64,000 bases of DNA from positions 1,584-65,583 of the IMG/VR virus record IMGVR_UViG_3300031994_000095; one strand, 5' to 3'. The position numbers were made by a program, and so were the translations under genes. A model generated the notes under the pieces. That model had not been told where the DNA came from and ran no database searches. It worked only from the letters and a program-made list of their open reading frames with translations. Positions 1 to 8,655 of this stretch are shown here, piece by piece (positions within the stretch are counted from its first letter, which is position 1; each line of letters begins with the position of its first letter). Source of the stretch: a virus. Lineage: Duplodnaviria; Caudoviricetes.

Positions 1-736
1 CGATGCTGTCCTCGACCTCCTTGACTTGCGCTTGGAGGTTAGCAAGCAATGCAACCGACTCACCGAGTCCTATGGAGAGGAATCCCTCGACAACGTTGGC
101 AACCTCGTGTTCGGCGGGGTTAGCATCGGGAGTCCAGATGCTTCCCTCCTTCTCGCAGAGTAAGATCGCGTCAACGGTGTCCTTGCTCATCGGCTCAATC
201 TCCACGAGCTTCCCACAAGTGTCTTTCAAGATGTCATCCTTGTTGCCCTTCTTGATGGGTAGGCAATAACACTTGCGAACCTTGATTTCGGGGTTGATAG
301 CCTCGAAGAACACTTTATAGAAGCCAAGCTGAGAGGCGAGAGCGTCCTTGTGGACGGACGATGTGCGCTTCATATCTATGAGGTCCACGGTGTTCTCGTC
401 AACCTTTGCAACGAGGTCGATGGATGATGCGACCGTCTCAAAGTCGGAGACAAGGTACTCGGTGGCGATGATGTCCAATCCGAGTTTCTTGAACGACTTG
501 ATGAGTGGTGTCTCGGGGATGGGGAGTCCATCGCAATAGGCTTCGATAGCCTTGTGTGCTTGTGTCCCGAGGTCCGCTGCGTGGTCAAGCACCTCCTGGT
601 CAACCATCGTGTAGTTGGGCGAAAGATTTTGCTTTCGCATCAGTTCCGTGCACCCGATAAGCATCTTCTCACCGTCGAGAATATATGAATGGGTGAGAGG
701 GTAAAATACGACCCTGGTAACTTTATTTAACTCCAT
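1..736 (-). CDS. PD-(D/E)XK (RecB/Cas4-like) exonuclease, 3'-truncated by the window edge
   Basis: Manual translation from ATG 736 (TAATG overlap with the MTase stop): MELNKVTRVVFYPLTHSYILDG...LGTQAHKAIE...IIATEYLVSD...SSIDL...DLIDMKRT...QLGFY. H..E, D, DxK and QL.xY motifs. Absent from the ORF track because it has no stop in the window. Confidence 0.75.
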   Translation of the reverse strand, partial: MELNKVTRVVFYPLTHSYILDGEKMLIGCTELMRKQNLSPNYTMVDQEVLDHAADLGTQAHKAIEAYCDGLPIPETPLIKSFKKLGLDIIATEYLVSDFETVASSIDLVAKVDENTVDLIDMKRTSSVHKDALASQLGFYKVFFEAINPEIKVRKCYCLPIKKGNKDDILKDTCGKLVEIEPMSKDTVDAILLCEKEGSIWTPDANPAEHEVANVVEGFLSIGLGESVALLANLQAQVKEVEDSI

Positions 737-1456
737 TAGAATAGTGTGTATTGGGATTGTTGGATGCCAATTCTTTGATTGGCATAGTCAACGTAGTTTT
801 GGGATATTTCAGTACCGATGAAATCTCGGCGTTCCTTTATAGCGGCAATCGCAGTTGTGCCACTCCCCATAAAAGGGTCATAGACAAGTCCACCTTCGGG
901 GCAAGAGGCTAAAATTGCCATCCTTGCCAACTGCAAAGGGAACGGTGCGGGGTGCTTATTCTCTTGGATATGCGATATGTCCCACACATCCCCCCATCTT
1001 GCCATCTCTCCATTGAAATAAGGCTTACCTTTGGTGAATACAAAGATTTCCTCGTGGCGTGGATAAAACTTATCTTTTGCGACATCTGGGGACGACGGAT
1101 ACTTCCATACAATGTGTTGTCTTAAAGGAAGAGGACAAAGGTCAATAACCCAAAAGGGGTGACGATAAGTATGGTCTCGCCATTGTCCTTTGTGATTCCA
1201 ATAAAGTGTGCCACCTTCTTTTAGGGAATAGGCGCACAGTTCAAGGATTTTCTTTATCCAATCCCTATAAGCATCATCGGGCATATCATCAGAGTATGTG
1301 TCATAACTCCTCGCCCTTCCGTTACGGTTGAATCCGCCAAAGTTGTATGGAGGCGAGGTAACTATCATATCACAAAATCCGCCCCCCCCCGTTTTGCATA
1401 AACTCTTGACAATCAGCCAAGTATATCTTGTTCCTTTCAAGACTTGATGTTGTCAT
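736..1456 (-). CDS. N4-cytosine/N6-adenine DNA methyltransferase (beta class), frameshifted at a G9 tract
   Basis: TSPPYN, HPAPFP and DPFMGSGTT motifs. The natural N-terminus MTTSSLERNKIYLADCQEFMQN (ATG 1456) is in another frame and joins the body if the tract at 1382-1390 is G8 or G11. Confidence 0.85.
1382..1390 (-). repeat. Poly-G tract (G9), candidate phase-variation switch
   Basis: C9 on the + strand, inside the 5' part of the MTase. Confidence 0.85.
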
Positions 1457-1739
1457 CTCCTTCGAGTTTTATCCCGAAGCCTTTGATAAGGTCATCGGTG
1501 TGTTTTCTTGATGAGTCTATCTTTCGGACCATTTCATCGCCCCTTTGCGCCAACGCATTCAGCGCATCCACAAGGGATGGCATCGGAAGTCCGACAAAGG
1601 CAAGGACGGCAAGGTATTCGTCACCGAAGATTTCCTCGCCATCCTTTGCGAAGATGGACAACCACTTGACTATGCCAAAGAGGTCTTGCAGGAACTCATC
1701 GGGTGTCTTGCCGTTGATTGTCTTATTGCTTAATGCCAT
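1437..1739 (-). CDS. Hypothetical protein
   Basis: 100-aa ORF overlapping both neighbours in the operon. Confidence 0.7.
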   Translation of the reverse strand: MALSNKTINGKTPDEFLQDLFGIVKWLSIFAKDGEEIFGDEYLAVLAFVGLPMPSLVDALNALAQRGDEMVRKIDSSRKHTDDLIKGFGIKLEGDDNIKS

Positions 1740-2370
1740 TTGCTTTCTCGTTTAGGGCGGTTATGAATCGTGCCTCGCGTCCAAGGATGGGGAGGTACTT
1801 CTTGTATGTGGTCTCAAGTTCAGCCCTTGTTTTCGCGCCCGCTATTGCTTTCAAAGCATCGGAGAGGGCTTGTGCCTTATCGTCGCTTTTCGTGGGCGTT
1901 GTAGGGCTTGTTTCGGGCGTTCCTGCGGGTATCTCGTCCGGGGTCTCCTTGTCGGGATCGGCAATGTCTGCGGTCGGGACAAGGAACACTTGCATAAGGA
2001 CGTACTTGAGTGCGATGCTCTTGCACTTGTTGTAACCCTTGTCACCGTTGTCGGCGGCTTCGCCCCAGCCGTCTGCGGTGACACTTGAGCCATCCTCGGT
2101 GGAGACGAAAGTGAAAGTGAAATGGATGCGCGAACGGAACTGCATCTTCGGTTTTCCGTAGCCGTCAACGTAGTCGATGCGCTCTTGGATAGCCTCCGTC
2201 TCCGAGGGAAGGATGATGACCTTGTACTTTGCGAACAAGCCGTGGAGAGTGTTCATAAAGTCGTCGATGCCACGGAACTTGAAGTTCTGCTGGGTATTGG
2301 TTTGTCCTTTCTCGATAGCACCAACCTCGGACATTATCTTGCCGAGGGCGGGGTAAATCTTTGCGTCCAT
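1723..2370 (-). CDS. ERF-family single-strand annealing protein
   Basis: QNFKFRGIDD, G.G.AAD.GDKG.NK, ALKYVLMQVF and DPD motifs typical of ERF. Confidence 0.85.
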   Translation of the reverse strand: MDAKIYPALGKIMSEVGAIEKGQTNTQQNFKFRGIDDFMNTLHGLFAKYKVIILPSETEAIQERIDYVDGYGKPKMQFRSRIHFTFTFVSTEDGSSVTADGWGEAADNGDKGYNKCKSIALKYVLMQVFLVPTADIADPDKETPDEIPAGTPETSPTTPTKSDDKAQALSDALKAIAGAKTRAELETTYKKYLPILGREARFITALNEKANGIKQ

Positions 2371-2371
2371 A

Positions 2372-3484
2372 TTAGTTTCCCATTACAACCGTAGCAACTG
2401 GCACGATGACTTGCTTACGGCTCTCGTTATTCGTTGTGAGTAATACCGCACGTTTGGGTGAGTCCAAGCTCACCACAACATCGGTCTCGGTGAGTACGGA
2501 AAGGAGTGCGGTAAGAAGGTCGTGCTTGAATCCTATCTCCATCTCTTGTCCGTTGTAGGTCACGCCATCCATCGTCTCGCGCGCGGAGCAGCCGAACCCG
2601 ATGTCCTGCGCCTCGATGGTAGCGCCGCCGAGGGTGGAAAGCGAGAACTTGATTGCGTTGGATGCCTTGTTGGCGCAAGTGGATACGCGCTTGACGGTGG
2701 CAAGTAAGTCGGCGACATTCGCGGTGAGTTTGCTCTCGTTGTCCTTCGGGATGACCATCTCATAGTTAGGGAACTTGCCCACGACCTTTACGGCATTGAT
2801 GATGGTGTTGCCGAACGCGAAGGACACGTGGGCATCATCCTCGGAGAAAAGCACAGCGGTGTCATCATCTGGGAGTTGCGATGCGAGGAATCGTGACGCG
2901 GAGGAGGGTAACACGAACGGCTCAAGAGTGTCGGCGGTAAACGGAACGGTCTGGAGCGACAATGTGTGAGCATCCGATGTCACGATGTCATACGTGCCAT
3001 CCTTGGGGTTGAAGTACACGCCACAAAGGACGGGACGGAGCTGGTCTTTGGCAACGGACGGTGCAACGAATCCGAGGGCATCCTTGAGGTCGGAACACAC
3101 CATCGAGGAGGTGGGTCCCATAATGACGGTGTTGACATCGGGGTAGTCCTCGGTAGGGAAGCACGGCACGGTAAACTGTCCACCCTTGTACTTGATGGTG
3201 GCGATGTTCTCGCCGGAGGCGACGATGATGTCATCATCGGGCATAAGTGCTACGGAGTCGAGGAGGAGCTTGGCGTTGATGCAAGTGGAACCGGCATCGG
3301 TGCACGTTGCGTTGGTGCTCGACTCGACCGTGATAGAGCCGTCGGTAGCGATGACGCGGAGTGCATCATCGTCGATGGTGAGGAGGAAGTTCTCCATCAT
3401 CGGGAACGACGGCTTGGCGGCGATGGCCTTGTACGCGGTGGTCAAGACCTTCTGCAAGTCTTTTTTGTTAGTCTGTAATTCCAT
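2372..3484 (-). CDS. dnaN: DNA polymerase III beta sliding clamp
   Basis: Start trimmed to MELQTNKK. ATDGSI, RPVLCGVYF, GKFPNYEMVIP and IGFKHDLL match the three-domain clamp pattern. Confidence 0.9.
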   Translation of the reverse strand: MELQTNKKDLQKVLTTAYKAIAAKPSFPMMENFLLTIDDDALRVIATDGSITVESSTNATCTDAGSTCINAKLLLDSVALMPDDDIIVASGENIATIKYKGGQFTVPCFPTEDYPDVNTVIMGPTSSMVCSDLKDALGFVAPSVAKDQLRPVLCGVYFNPKDGTYDIVTSDAHTLSLQTVPFTADTLEPFVLPSSASRFLASQLPDDDTAVLFSEDDAHVSFAFGNTIINAVKVVGKFPNYEMVIPKDNESKLTANVADLLATVKRVSTCANKASNAIKFSLSTLGGATIEAQDIGFGCSARETMDGVTYNGQEMEIGFKHDLLTALLSVLTETDVVVSLDSPKRAVLLTTNNESRKQVIVPVATVVMGN

Positions 3485-3503
3485 AAAGATGAGTATTGAA
3501 TGT

Positions 3504-3589
3504 TGGCGTTCCCTGGAGGAGTCGAACCTCCATCTTCTCGCACGGAAGCATATCCTAATCCCTATTTTGAAAGTGATACATCGAGGAAC
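3504..3589 (-). ncRNA. tRNA-like element, degenerate
   Basis: GTTCCT/GGGAAC acceptor stem, GGAGG-TTCGACT-CCTCC T arm and 3' GCCA. D and anticodon arms are non-canonical. Confidence 0.5.
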
Positions 3590-3823
3590 AGAAAAACTCG
3601 ATGTCTTCCGCCGGACGTTGTGACCATCACACCGAGGGAGCGAGATGCCATCTGCTTTGAGAAGGCGAGAGTCAGTCTTGAAGGAATTGGCCGCTATGTC
3701 TTTCAGGCTCTCCGGCTTTACCCAACGTGGTGAGGAAAAAAGACAAATTGGCGCACTCGCCACGCGCGGGATTCCAACCTAATTGCTTCACGAGTACCGA
3801 CAAGTACCTGCCATCTCAAGAGC

Positions 3824-3982
3824 CTACCTTCGCATCTCTTTGTCGCTTTCCGTTTCCGATAGTAGCGCGTTGGCCATAAGGCCACACACGATTACCATAA
3901 GTAACTGGTGCGAGTAACCGAAAAAAAGAGAGACGAAGGCTATTGCGCCAAGGGTGGCGAAGATGTATCCGAGGGTTTTCAT
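3824..3982 (-). CDS. Small membrane protein (52 aa)
   Basis: Manual translation MKTLGYIFATLGAIAFVSLFFGYSHQLLMVIVCGLMANALL..., two hydrophobic segments. ATG overlaps the upstream stop. Confidence 0.6.
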   Translation of the reverse strand: MKTLGYIFATLGAIAFVSLFFGYSHQLLMVIVCGLMANALLSETESDKEMRR

Positions 3983-4206
3983 TTGCGGAATTTTTCGAGA
4001 TCGGACGGGAGGTATCCTGCTATGCCGTTAGCGACTGTCTTCTTGAGTCCCCTTCGGGCATAGTTTCGGATGGATGATTCACAGACGCCGAGGTATTGTG
4101 CCGCTTGCTTGCGATTGAGTGGTATCTCGGCATTTGGCTTGAGTGTCTGGAGGGCGAGTAGTATCGCTTCTCCGATGGTGATGATGCGGTCGAGCCGGTC
4201 TTCCAT
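3979..4206 (-). CDS. HTH DNA-binding protein (excisionase-like)
   Basis: LNRKQAAQYLGVCESSIRNYARRG. Confidence 0.75.
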   Translation of the reverse strand: MEDRLDRIITIGEAILLALQTLKPNAEIPLNRKQAAQYLGVCESSIRNYARRGLKKTVANGIAGYLPSDLEKFRK

Positions 4207-4212
4207 AGGTCA

Positions 4213-4431
4213 TCAGAAGAGTTGTCCGTCTGGAACTCCGTCCTTCAGGAAGAGGTTTTCATAGATGCCGTGGACGAGGGTGTCCACTACGATGGAGTTC
4301 CCAGCGAGTTTGTACTGCTGGGACTCGGAGATGCCGGATGCCTGGATGCGGTCAATCTCTTCATCCTTCACGGCCATCAGTCTAAAACACTCCCTGGCCG
4401 TAAGCTTGCGGATTCTATAAATCTTTGCCAT
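4213..4431 (-). CDS. C5 cytosine methyltransferase C-terminal half (motifs IX-X)
   Basis: RIRKLTARECFRLM and QQYKLAGNSIVV. Confidence 0.88.
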   Translation of the reverse strand: MAKIYRIRKLTARECFRLMAVKDEEIDRIQASGISESQQYKLAGNSIVVDTLVHGIYENLFLKDGVPDGQLF

Positions 4432-5658
4432 ATCGTTGTTATTTTGAATTTCTATTATTTTCCATCCGTTAGTGAAGGCGAGGTTGGCGAATGTCTGCCG
4501 GACTGCTCCGATAATTTGCCCCCCCCCTCAATTCGTGATTGAAGTCATCAAGCAGGACGATCCTCATAGACTATCACCTTTATGCCCCCCCCCTGCTATA
4601 ATGGTCGGAGCGATGTTTCGTGGGTTGATGAACTGGCACTCGGAGATGGATGTCTTCTTGTAGTCATCCAGATGCGTCCTGATATTCCCATTTGGGAGCA
4701 GAGTATAGACGATGTTAAAGTCCTTGCGAGTCCATTTCTTCATATAGCACCCAGTATCCGTAACTTCCGAATGTAGCGGTAATGCCAACAGATATGCCCC
4801 CCCCCCCCTATCTATTTTCGGGACTTTGCCAAGGGAGAATTTCGCGCCCTTGTCCCCGTGGAGATGCCGTCTGCGTTTCTCCTCTTCACTCCGCTCTCTC
4901 GTCAGTATCTCGGTAGTCAGATATTTCATAGATTTCTAATACACCGGTATTAGGATAATAGCCGCCCCCCCCGTGAGGCTTTTCAAGCAAGCCCCATCAT
5001 ACCTCGCACGGATTGTGAAGGCGCATCCGTCAAATGTCACATTTATCGGTATCGTCCTCTTCATAGGTTATCACGATGACACCCGTTGCTCCCCAAGTGC
5101 CAGTCCGCAGGAAATTAGCAAAACTCGTCTTCCAATATTGAGCCTTGATTCCCCTTGCTGCGCCATTGGGTGCCGGGTTAAGCGGGATCACTTTCGGTAA
5201 CTCCTTCATATTCATAGCGGTAAATCTCTCCCGATGCGGTGAGGGTGGGACAAATCTCGCCCCCCCTATGACCCTTCCGCGCCTTGTGAGCGAGGATGTG
5301 TATGTGCCGTCGAAAACACCGCCAAGGGACACTTCGATGTAACCTTTTTCAGTCGCTTGGCGAATCCTTAATTTCTGTGACATACCAATAGTTGCCGTGG
5401 CTGATTCTCGTGTGTATCGTCCCCGCAATCTCAAGGTTGACCGAGGAGTTGTAGATGTCTATCCAGACCCCCCCCCCTAATCGGAATCACGCCATCGTCA
5501 AACATCCGCTGGAATGTCGGGACTATCTTCGCCATAGACTAATATGCAACCGAATCCGTAGCCGTGGGTACCGGCCATAATGCTGGGTGCGAGACCGAAG
5601 GTCGAGAAGACCCGCCCCCCCCCATCTCACTCGTCGGAGAGTACGTCCCCAGAGTCAT
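4432..5658 (-). other. Array of 8 overlapping mini-ORFs resembling C5-MTase variable-region (TRD) modules, 7 with central poly-G tracts
   Basis: ATG starts at 5658, 5535, 5383, 5215, 5064, 4929, 4743 and 4567. Tracts: 5615-5623 G9, 5468-5477 G10, 5260-5266 G7, 4965-4972 G8, 4797-4808 G12, 4585-4593 G9, 4519-4527 G9. A one-base correction gives coherent modules such as IRQATEKGYIEV...RRGRVIGGGEICPTLTA. Confidence 0.8.
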
Positions 5659-6367
5659 CACCCTCAAGGAGTCTTTTCTTGTCATCGTCAAGGTTCTCGA
5701 TGAACTTGTTGACCCTCTCCTGGTCGAGATAGTATTTCTCATCCACCTTGTCCTCCAGCATATCCTTGAGCCGGAGTTTCAGCTCGAAAGGTTCGCCGAA
5801 AGTGAAACTGCGGTCATCATCGCGGATGGACACCACGAAGATACGCTCTCGGTTTTGGGGGATGCCGTAATCCTTTGCGTTGAGAACCTTGCAGTAGTTG
5901 GAGTAGCCGTAGGAGGCAAGCTCCTGTTCCCATTTATGAAAGAGAGGAAGGAACTTGTTGCTTACCAAGGCCTTTACGTTTTCCATCATCAAGTACTTTG
6001 GTCTCTTTGCAAGGACGGCTTTGCGAACCTCCCATAAGAGCGAAGAGCGAGTGCCAGAACCTTCAATTCCTCCTGCTTGCTTACCGGCGTTAGAAAAGTC
6101 TTGGCAAGGGCTGGAGTAGGTCATAAAGTCAAAGTCCGGCACTTCATCCCAATTTATCTTGGAGATGTCTCCGTAGTTGAGGTCTGCGGCTTCGGGGAAG
6201 AGAGCATTGTGCGCCTTGATTGCGTAAGGGTCAATCTCGCTCCATCCTACAATCTTGTAGTCGAAGTCGGGGTTGATTTCCTTGAGACGCTCGAAGGCGA
6301 GAGCCTGGCTGTCGTATCCCGCGAAACCGAAAAAGCATCGAAGCGGATTTTCTTTCGTGTACATCAT
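5627..6367 (-). CDS. C5 cytosine methyltransferase N-terminal half (motifs I-VIII)
   Basis: FAGYDSQ, SPCQDFS (catalytic PC), MENV and PQNRERIF. Start set at the ATGA overlap at 6367. Confidence 0.9.
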   Translation of the reverse strand: MMYTKENPLRCFFGFAGYDSQALAFERLKEINPDFDYKIVGWSEIDPYAIKAHNALFPEAADLNYGDISKINWDEVPDFDFMTYSSPCQDFSNAGKQAGGIEGSGTRSSLLWEVRKAVLAKRPKYLMMENVKALVSNKFLPLFHKWEQELASYGYSNYCKVLNAKDYGIPQNRERIFVVSIRDDDRSFTFGEPFELKLRLKDMLEDKVDEKYYLDQERVNKFIENLDDDKKRLLEGDDSGDVLSDE

Positions 6368-6597
6368 CTTGCTTCGGTTGCTACAGTGACATAGATAGGA
6401 CTCTCGGAGGGTCTGGACTTGACCGTGATGCGGAAGTCCTTGTTCTCGCGGAGATTGTACTGATGGGCGGCGGAGCGGATCGTCTCGACCTCCTTGTAGT
6501 CCTTTGCAGGGAAAGTGCACTCGTCACCGAGGACAAACCCGGAGAAGAACTCCCGCCACTTGCGGGTCTCGCCGCTGATTAAATCGAATCGAATCAT
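6364..6597 (-). CDS. Hypothetical protein
   Basis: 77-aa ORF coupled to the MTase start. Confidence 0.65.
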   Translation of the reverse strand: MIRFDLISGETRKWREFFSGFVLGDECTFPAKDYKEVETIRSAAHQYNLRENKDFRITVKSRPSESPIYVTVATEAR

Positions 6598-6752
6598 ATA
6601 TATAACTTTGTTTGGTTAGACTTGTAAAAACCTCCCGCACATCCCTGCGAGGGAGGAGAAACAACAATAACATTGAGTAAAGGTGGGGTGTCAGATGCCC
6701 CAGGGGTCGGCAGAAAGCCGAATCAACATTGCAAACATAGATAGTAATGTGA

Positions 6753-6873
6753 GGCTTGAGTGGGAGTCGAACCCACAACCACGGCGCAGATGAACTCTTT
6801 TGTGGAAAGATTTGAGTACTTGCATACTCTCCGTTTTCCTGCCCGTTGTTGTTACCACTTACACTACCAAGCC
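6753..6873 (-). ncRNA. tRNA-like RNA with a two-hairpin insert replacing the anticodon loop
   Basis: GGCTTGG/TCAAGCC acceptor, TAGTGTAAGTGGTAAC D arm, ACGG/CCGT stem and GTGGG-TTCGACT-CCCAC T arm. 56 nt sit in place of the 7-nt loop. Confidence 0.65.
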
Positions 6874-7349
6874 TTGCGCCGAGCATCTCTGCTGGACTTC
6901 CAATGATTGATTGCAATATGTCCTGCTCAGAGTTTTATCCCGACTTGCAGTACGGGCACGGAAAAATAGGAACAGAATTATTATGAAGAAAGAATCGCGT
7001 GACTTTTCCGTGGTATCTTTACGACATTGGTCGCAAGGGGAGATGGCTCATATAGTTCTTTCCGTCCGGCTCTCCACCGGCATCGGGACTCTCAATCGAA
7101 TCCGAACGTCCTCTCACTTGTCTTTAGCACAAGCACTGGGTTGTGTTCTCACTCGCCATCCGCTTCATCCCTATGCCCCGCGCTCCTCCTCTCTTATCAA
7201 GGTGCAGCGCATCCTTACGGCATTCCAGCCATAAGACTTGAATCGTCATTCATTCCACGTGGGCAAACCAACGGCTTCTCACGGCTCAGATGGTATCGTG
7301 GAGTATATCCCCGAGGGGCAAAGAACTTTTCGGTTTATTCATAAGCGGA

Positions 7350-7381
7350 CTTGCTTTTGTGAATCCTTTTCCCTATATTTG
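7350..7381 (+). promoter_or_regulatory. Bacteroidota-type promoter toward the repressor
   Basis: CTTG-N20-TATATTTG. Confidence 0.55.
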
Positions 7382-7462
7382 CCCTTGAAAACAACAATGT
7401 AAGAGGCTCGTATGGGGGTCGGGGGTTTCGTTTGAGCAGTCCGTTCATTTAGAAACCGAGAG

Positions 7463-7494
7463 CAAATATAGGGAGTAAATTTCGTTTTAGCAAA
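7463..7494 (-). promoter_or_regulatory. Bacteroidota-type leftward promoter (MTase/recombination operon)
   Basis: TTTG-N20-TATATTTG, a perfect consensus. Confidence 0.7.
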
Positions 7495-7582
7495 CATTTA
7501 TTCATATTTTTTTTGAAAAAATTTTCGCTTGAGCAGTTAACACCCCATCGAGAGCCAGAGTAAGGAACTAATACACAACACT

Positions 7583-8209
7583 ATGGCTGAAAAAGAACAA
7601 CCAATCGTCAAACGGCGGATTATGGACTACTATGAGTCGCTGGGGATGACTCCGGGCGAATTTGCGAAGAAATGCGGCATCGACGGTACGACCTTCTACC
7701 GCGACTCGCAGGAACTTCGCATCAGCAGTCTCATCCGCATCCTCAAGGCTTGCCCCGAGCTGGATGCCTACGAACTCCTGTTCGGTGCTAAACCGAAATT
7801 TGAGAACAACACCATCGACCTTCCGCTTGTCCCCTTCGATGCCGTAGCCGGACACCTCAGGGAGAGCTTCGAGGATTCCTACCCCGAAACCATCGCAGTT
7901 CCGAAAGCCATCACCCGTGGCGCGGACTTCGTGATTAGAGTGGACGGGGACAGTATGACACCGAGATTCCAGAGCGGGGAGATGCTCCTCGTCAAGAAGG
8001 TGGACGATCCGTCATTCTTCCAGTGGGGCAAGATATATGTCCTCGCCACCTCGCAAGGGTGCGTTGTGAAGCGGTTGTACCCAGACCGCGACGATGACAA
8101 CTCCGTGGTGTGCCACTCCGACAACACCGCGAGTTATCCCGACTACACGGTCAGGAAGAACTCCATCTACGGGGTGGGACTCGTGGTCGGTCACATAGGG
8201 CACGATTAA
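7583..8209 (+). CDS. CI/LexA-like repressor (HTH plus S24 peptidase)
   Basis: N-terminal XRE HTH; VDGDSMTP (Ser) and VVKRL (Lys) catalytic dyad. Confidence 0.88.
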   Translation: MAEKEQPIVKRRIMDYYESLGMTPGEFAKKCGIDGTTFYRDSQELRISSLIRILKACPELDAYELLFGAKPKFENNTIDLPLVPFDAVAGHLRESFEDSYPETIAVPKAITRGADFVIRVDGDSMTPRFQSGEMLLVKKVDDPSFFQWGKIYVLATSQGCVVKRLYPDRDDDNSVVCHSDNTASYPDYTVRKNSIYGVGLVVGHIGHD

Positions 8210-8240
8210 AGGCGGTTTTCAAGCCCATACACGCGATTAT

Positions 8241-8588
8241 ATGGAAAAGACGGACATTGACCTATCCGCGCGTCTGCGCGAGGTTGTAAGGCGCGTTTCC
8301 TACGGGAACCAGGCTGCGTTCTCCCGGAGGTGTTCCCTGCCTACTGCATCGGTGTCAAGACTCTTGTCTGGAGAGTACAAGATGACCGAGAACTACATTG
8401 CGAAAATCTGCGCTGGAGTGGACTACCTGAACCCTGACTACCTCCGTGGGGAGTCGGACAAGATGATAGTGGATGACACGGAGAAGTTGTTGCGAAGCAA
8501 GGACGAGGAGATACGGAAGTTGAAGGAGGAGCTTAGTACGCTCAAGTGGCTGATAAAGAAGGCGATGCTGACGGAATTGGGGAAGTAG
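8241..8588 (+). CDS. XRE-type HTH protein with C-terminal coiled coil
   Basis: NQAAFSRRCSLPTASVSRLLSG. Confidence 0.75.
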   Translation: MEKTDIDLSARLREVVRRVSYGNQAAFSRRCSLPTASVSRLLSGEYKMTENYIAKICAGVDYLNPDYLRGESDKMIVDDTEKLLRSKDEEIRKLKEELSTLKWLIKKAMLTELGK

Positions 8589-8623
8589 GCGGAAAAAGTT
8601 ATCAACAAAATTGTGCGATGGTG

Positions 8624-8655
8624 TTGCAAATGTTGTGACATCTTGCTTATCTTTG
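8624..8655 (+). promoter_or_regulatory. Promoter for the rep gene leader
   Basis: TTGC-N20-TATCTTTG. Confidence 0.65.

Noticed and set aside
3485-3763. N-terminal extension of dnaN given in the ORF track
   Set aside because: Clamp similarity starts at MELQTNKK, and the extension overlaps the tRNA-like element.
5620-5630. TGA readthrough joining the MTase N-half to module 1 (in frame at G9)
   Set aside because: This has a one-in-three chance by coincidence. Many genes here end in TGA with ATGA coupling, and the +1 ATG at 5658 gives a more complete module.
3504-6873. Calling the tRNA-like elements functional tRNAs with assigned anticodons
   Set aside because: None has a canonical 7-nt U33 anticodon loop on a 5-bp stem.
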